Shown piece after piece: positions 62,934 through 64,000 of a stretch of DNA of 64,000 nucleotides. Both the position numbers and the translations under genes were made by a program. The notes beneath the pieces were generated by a model. It had not been told where the DNA came from and did not search any database. It worked only from the letters and a program-made list of their open reading frames with translations. The first letter of the stretch is position 1; each line of letters starts with the position of its first letter. Location: positions 8,744,001 through 8,808,000 of the forward strand of contig CM059433.1 in assembly GCA_030390025.1 (NCBI GenBank), in the 5' to 3' direction. The DNA is from Squalus acanthias. Its lineage: Eukaryota.

Positions 62934-64000
62934 GGGGGAGAATTTGGGTACCTTTGCGCCTCCCATTATCACCTCCAGCGGGGGGGGGGGGGTGATAACA
63001 GGGCGCTAACCGCTTACCACCCGGGCACAGCGAGAATATCACCTCCCGCTAAATTCGGCGGGAGGTTTGCGGCGGCGGTATGGCGTTGCGCCCCGATCTC
63101 CTTCGCCCGGAGATCGTGACGTCATCGCCGTGCGCATCGCCCCCAGTAGCGTCCCGGACCCGAACTTCGGTTCCGCCCCCTGCAGCATCGCCGGGCGGAA
63201 ACACCGGCAGCTGCCGGAGGCGTTCATCGGGAGGCCGGGCGCTTCAGGGAGAGGGCGATACTTAAAGGCAAGGTGGCCGAGGTAGGGAAAAAAATAATCA
63301 AATGCTCATTTTCGGGGGGTTTTTTCCCCTTTGTCTTCGCCAGCGATCAGTCAGCCCGGCTCTCTGCTGCAGTGCATCGGGCTGATCGAGCCGGATCGCG
63401 GCTGCCGTCGGGGATCGGGTAAATTTCCCCCTTGCAGAGCCTGCAGCGATGGCCCTTCCCTTTAAGGGAGGGAAAGAACCTTCCAACACGGCAGCGCCGC
63501 ACGGCCCAGTGTACAGGCGCTGCTCACCTACCGCCCGCCTGCTGCCTGTCGCGCTCCAGGAAGGAAGTGGAGCTTGATTTAGCGCTTGATCCACTTCCTT
63601 CCTGGAGCGCAAAACCGAATTTTTTTAACTTCATCTAGCCTCAACCTGTCCCATTTCCACCTCCTCTCGCCTTGAATATCTCTTAATGTCTCTCAATGTC
63701 TCTTAATCTCTCCCGCTTTCTATCCTATCACTGACCTTCCCTTTTGTTCTTTCATCCCCTCCCCCTTTTCCCAGCATTATACTTGCTTTAAAATCTATTT
63801 CATTTCCTGCTTTTTTCCAGTTCTGACGAAAGGTCTTCGACCTGAAACGTTAACTCTGTTTCTCTCTCCACGGATGCTGCCTGGCCTGCTGAGTTTTTCC
63901 AGCGTTTTCTGTTGTTATTTTGAATTTTTTAAAGTTGAGAACCATTCGTGCCTGGCGCTAATTTTCTCAACTTTTAAAAGCAAACGCCCCAAACGGCCCA
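62934..64000. mobile_element. GC-rich Harbinger-type element (H2-related), runs off the window
   Basis: ttt|gggggagaattt terminus; cgatctcct..agatcgtgacgtca shared with 14275-14305. Confidence 0.6.
63629..63921 (+). mobile_element. PLE family A 3' fragment with hammerhead motif (63819-63855)
   Basis: agtt-CTGACGA-a-aggtc(ttc)gacct-GAAA-CG-T-T-aact; flanking gaatttttt(t)aa duplication. Confidence 0.8.

Overview
This is repeat-dense vertebrate genomic DNA, almost certainly from a cartilaginous fish (shark-type CR1 LINEs, SacSINE1/DeuSINE-like and V-SINE/HE1-like SINEs). It is not prokaryotic: there are no operons, CRISPR arrays or rRNA genes. Most of the window is decayed or nested transposable elements: CR1, L2, RTE and Zenon-like LINEs, two families of Penelope-like elements (PLEs) with GIY-YIG domains, SINEs, PIF/Harbinger-type TIR elements with 3-bp TSDs, pogo/Tigger-like MITEs and a solo LTR. 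Two candidate + strand exons (3954-4026 and 61259-61329) are phase-compatible and would make the window mostly one ~57 kb intron of a gene I cannot identify. The most interesting signals are: (1) minimal hammerhead-ribozyme motifs with covarying stems in both PLE families, with short-insertion breakpoints clustered on the motif; (2) a PLE-mediated micro-inversion with swapped TSDs; (3) Harbinger-type MITE families carrying repeated perfect AG|GTAAGT splice donors and a position-conserved hairpin; (4) a ~1 kb nested foldback. Element family names come from motif recall, not database searches. Boundaries of decayed repeats are approximate.
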